Source: Candidatus Iainarchaeum sp. (GTDB taxonomy: Archaea > Iainarchaeota > Iainarchaeia > Iainarchaeales > 0-14-0-20-34-12). From it: a stretch of DNA of 24,023 bases. Positions 23,414-24,023 of this stretch are shown here, one piece after another (position 1 is the stretch's first letter; each line of letters opens with the position of its first letter). The stretch lies in the NCBI GenBank assembly GCA_030649345.1, contig JAUSKK010000001.1, forward strand, positions 1 to 24,023. The letters run 5' to 3'. Position numbers and translations under genes: made by a program. Under the pieces are notes generated by a model. That model saw only the letters and a program-made list of their open reading frames with translations. It was not told the origin of the DNA and did no database searches.

Positions 23414-24001
23414 ATGAGCGGAACAACCTATAAAATAAAATTCAGACGACGACGAGAACAAAAGACCAATTATCCAAAACGATTGGCTTACTTGAAATCC
23501 GAAAAGCCTAGAATGGTTTTCCGAAAATCAAATCGATACATTACATTGCAATTGGTGGAATACATTCAAGGACAAGATCAAACCCAAATCAATGTATCCA
23601 GCAAACAATTACAAACCATGGGATGGATGGGAAACACTAACTTAGCCACGTGTTACTTATTAGGATACTTATTTGGAAAACAAGCCAAACAAAAAGGATA
23701 CACTGAAGCCATTTTAGACATTGGACAAAATACACCCCATCATGGCGGAAAAGCATTCTCTGCATTAAAAGGAGCTTTGGATGCAGGATTAAAGATTCCC
23801 CATGCTGAAGACGCTTTGCCTAAACCTGAACGAGCTCAAGGAAACCATATTCAAGAATACGCACAAAAAATGGATACAGAAAAAATAAAAAAACAGTTTT
23901 CCCAATATCTTGGAAAAAATATTGATCCTAAAAACTTAACCAAAGTTTTTGAGAAAGTAAAAACAGAAATTGATCAAAAAAATTTTACACAAAACAAATA
24001 A
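23414..24001 (+). CDS. rpl18: 50S ribosomal protein L18 (uL18)
   Basis: KIKFRRRREQKTNYPKRLAYLKSEKPRMVFRKSNRYITLQLV..., HGGKAFSALKGALDAGLKIPH. Confidence 0.94.
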   Translation: MSGTTYKIKFRRRREQKTNYPKRLAYLKSEKPRMVFRKSNRYITLQLVEYIQGQDQTQINVSSKQLQTMGWMGNTNLATCYLLGYLFGKQAKQKGYTEAILDIGQNTPHHGGKAFSALKGALDAGLKIPHAEDALPKPERAQGNHIQEYAQKMDTEKIKKQFSQYLGKNIDPKNLTKVFEKVKTEIDQKNFTQNK

Positions 24002-24012
24002 AGGGATGAAAC

Positions 24013-24023
24013 ATGAAAGAAGA
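24013..24023 (+). CDS. rps5: Start of the next cistron, probably 30S ribosomal protein S5 (3'-truncated by the window edge)
   Basis: ATG-AAA-GAA-GA... lies 8 nt after AAGGGATGA, the same junction motif as at L18 and L32e. S5 follows L18 in the canonical archaeal spc order. Only 3 full codons are visible. Confidence 0.4.

Noticed and set aside
1-24023. I looked for CRISPR arrays, long tandem repeats, IS elements, transposases, integrases, tRNA or rRNA genes, and inteins in EF-2 and RtcB.
   Set aside because: I saw no regularly spaced repeats and no transposase- or integrase-like ORFs. No cloverleaf-compatible or GC-rich RNA-gene-like segments appear in the intergenic regions. EF-2 (730 aa) and RtcB (481 aa) have normal intein-free lengths.

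Overview
AT-rich archaeal fragment carrying the ribosomal super-operon. From base 1 it has the str-type cluster: a 5'-truncated S7, aEF-2, EF-1alpha and S10. Then comes an uninterrupted S10/spc-type cluster: L3-L4-L23-L2-S19-L22-S3-L29-aIF1(SUI1)-Rpp29-S17-L14-L24-S4e-L5-S14-S8-L6-L32e-L19e-L18, plus the first codons of a likely S5. The e-type ribosomal proteins, aIF1, an RNase P protein, archease-RtcB and a diphthamide-type EF-2 make an archaeal origin near certain. The low GC, lysine-rich protein tails and RpiB suggest a small-genome (DPANN-like) archaeon, but that is inference only. Two things break the conserved synteny. (1) A minus-strand 723-aa secreted, membrane-anchored protein lies between EF-2 and EF-1alpha. 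(2) A ~6.4-kb non-ribosomal block lies between S10 and L3. It holds an orphan protein with a twin-arginine-like signal, RpiB, a 464-aa type-IV-pilin-like protein (minus strand), archease, RtcB and a 472-aa surface-type protein. I found no tRNA, rRNA, CRISPR array, transposase or integrase. The most unusual sequence-level signals are as follows. (a) A 94-bp duplication-flanked insertion sits exactly at the L4/L23 stop-start junction and creates a 30-codon ORF that keeps the coupling context at both ends. (b) A GC-rich hairpin with a GCAA tetraloop lies in the long S14-S8 spacer. (c) A ~71-nt hairpin upstream of the tuf promoter has its own TATA-like box and oligo-T tract. (d) Paired hairpins and a duplicated BRE/TATA-like module lie upstream of L3. 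(e) Two leaderless divergent promoters appear to be packed into 35 bp. No complete multi-gene novel system (defence, secretion or similar) can be supported from the sequence alone. The three large surface proteins and the Tat-like orphan are the best places to look for new biology.
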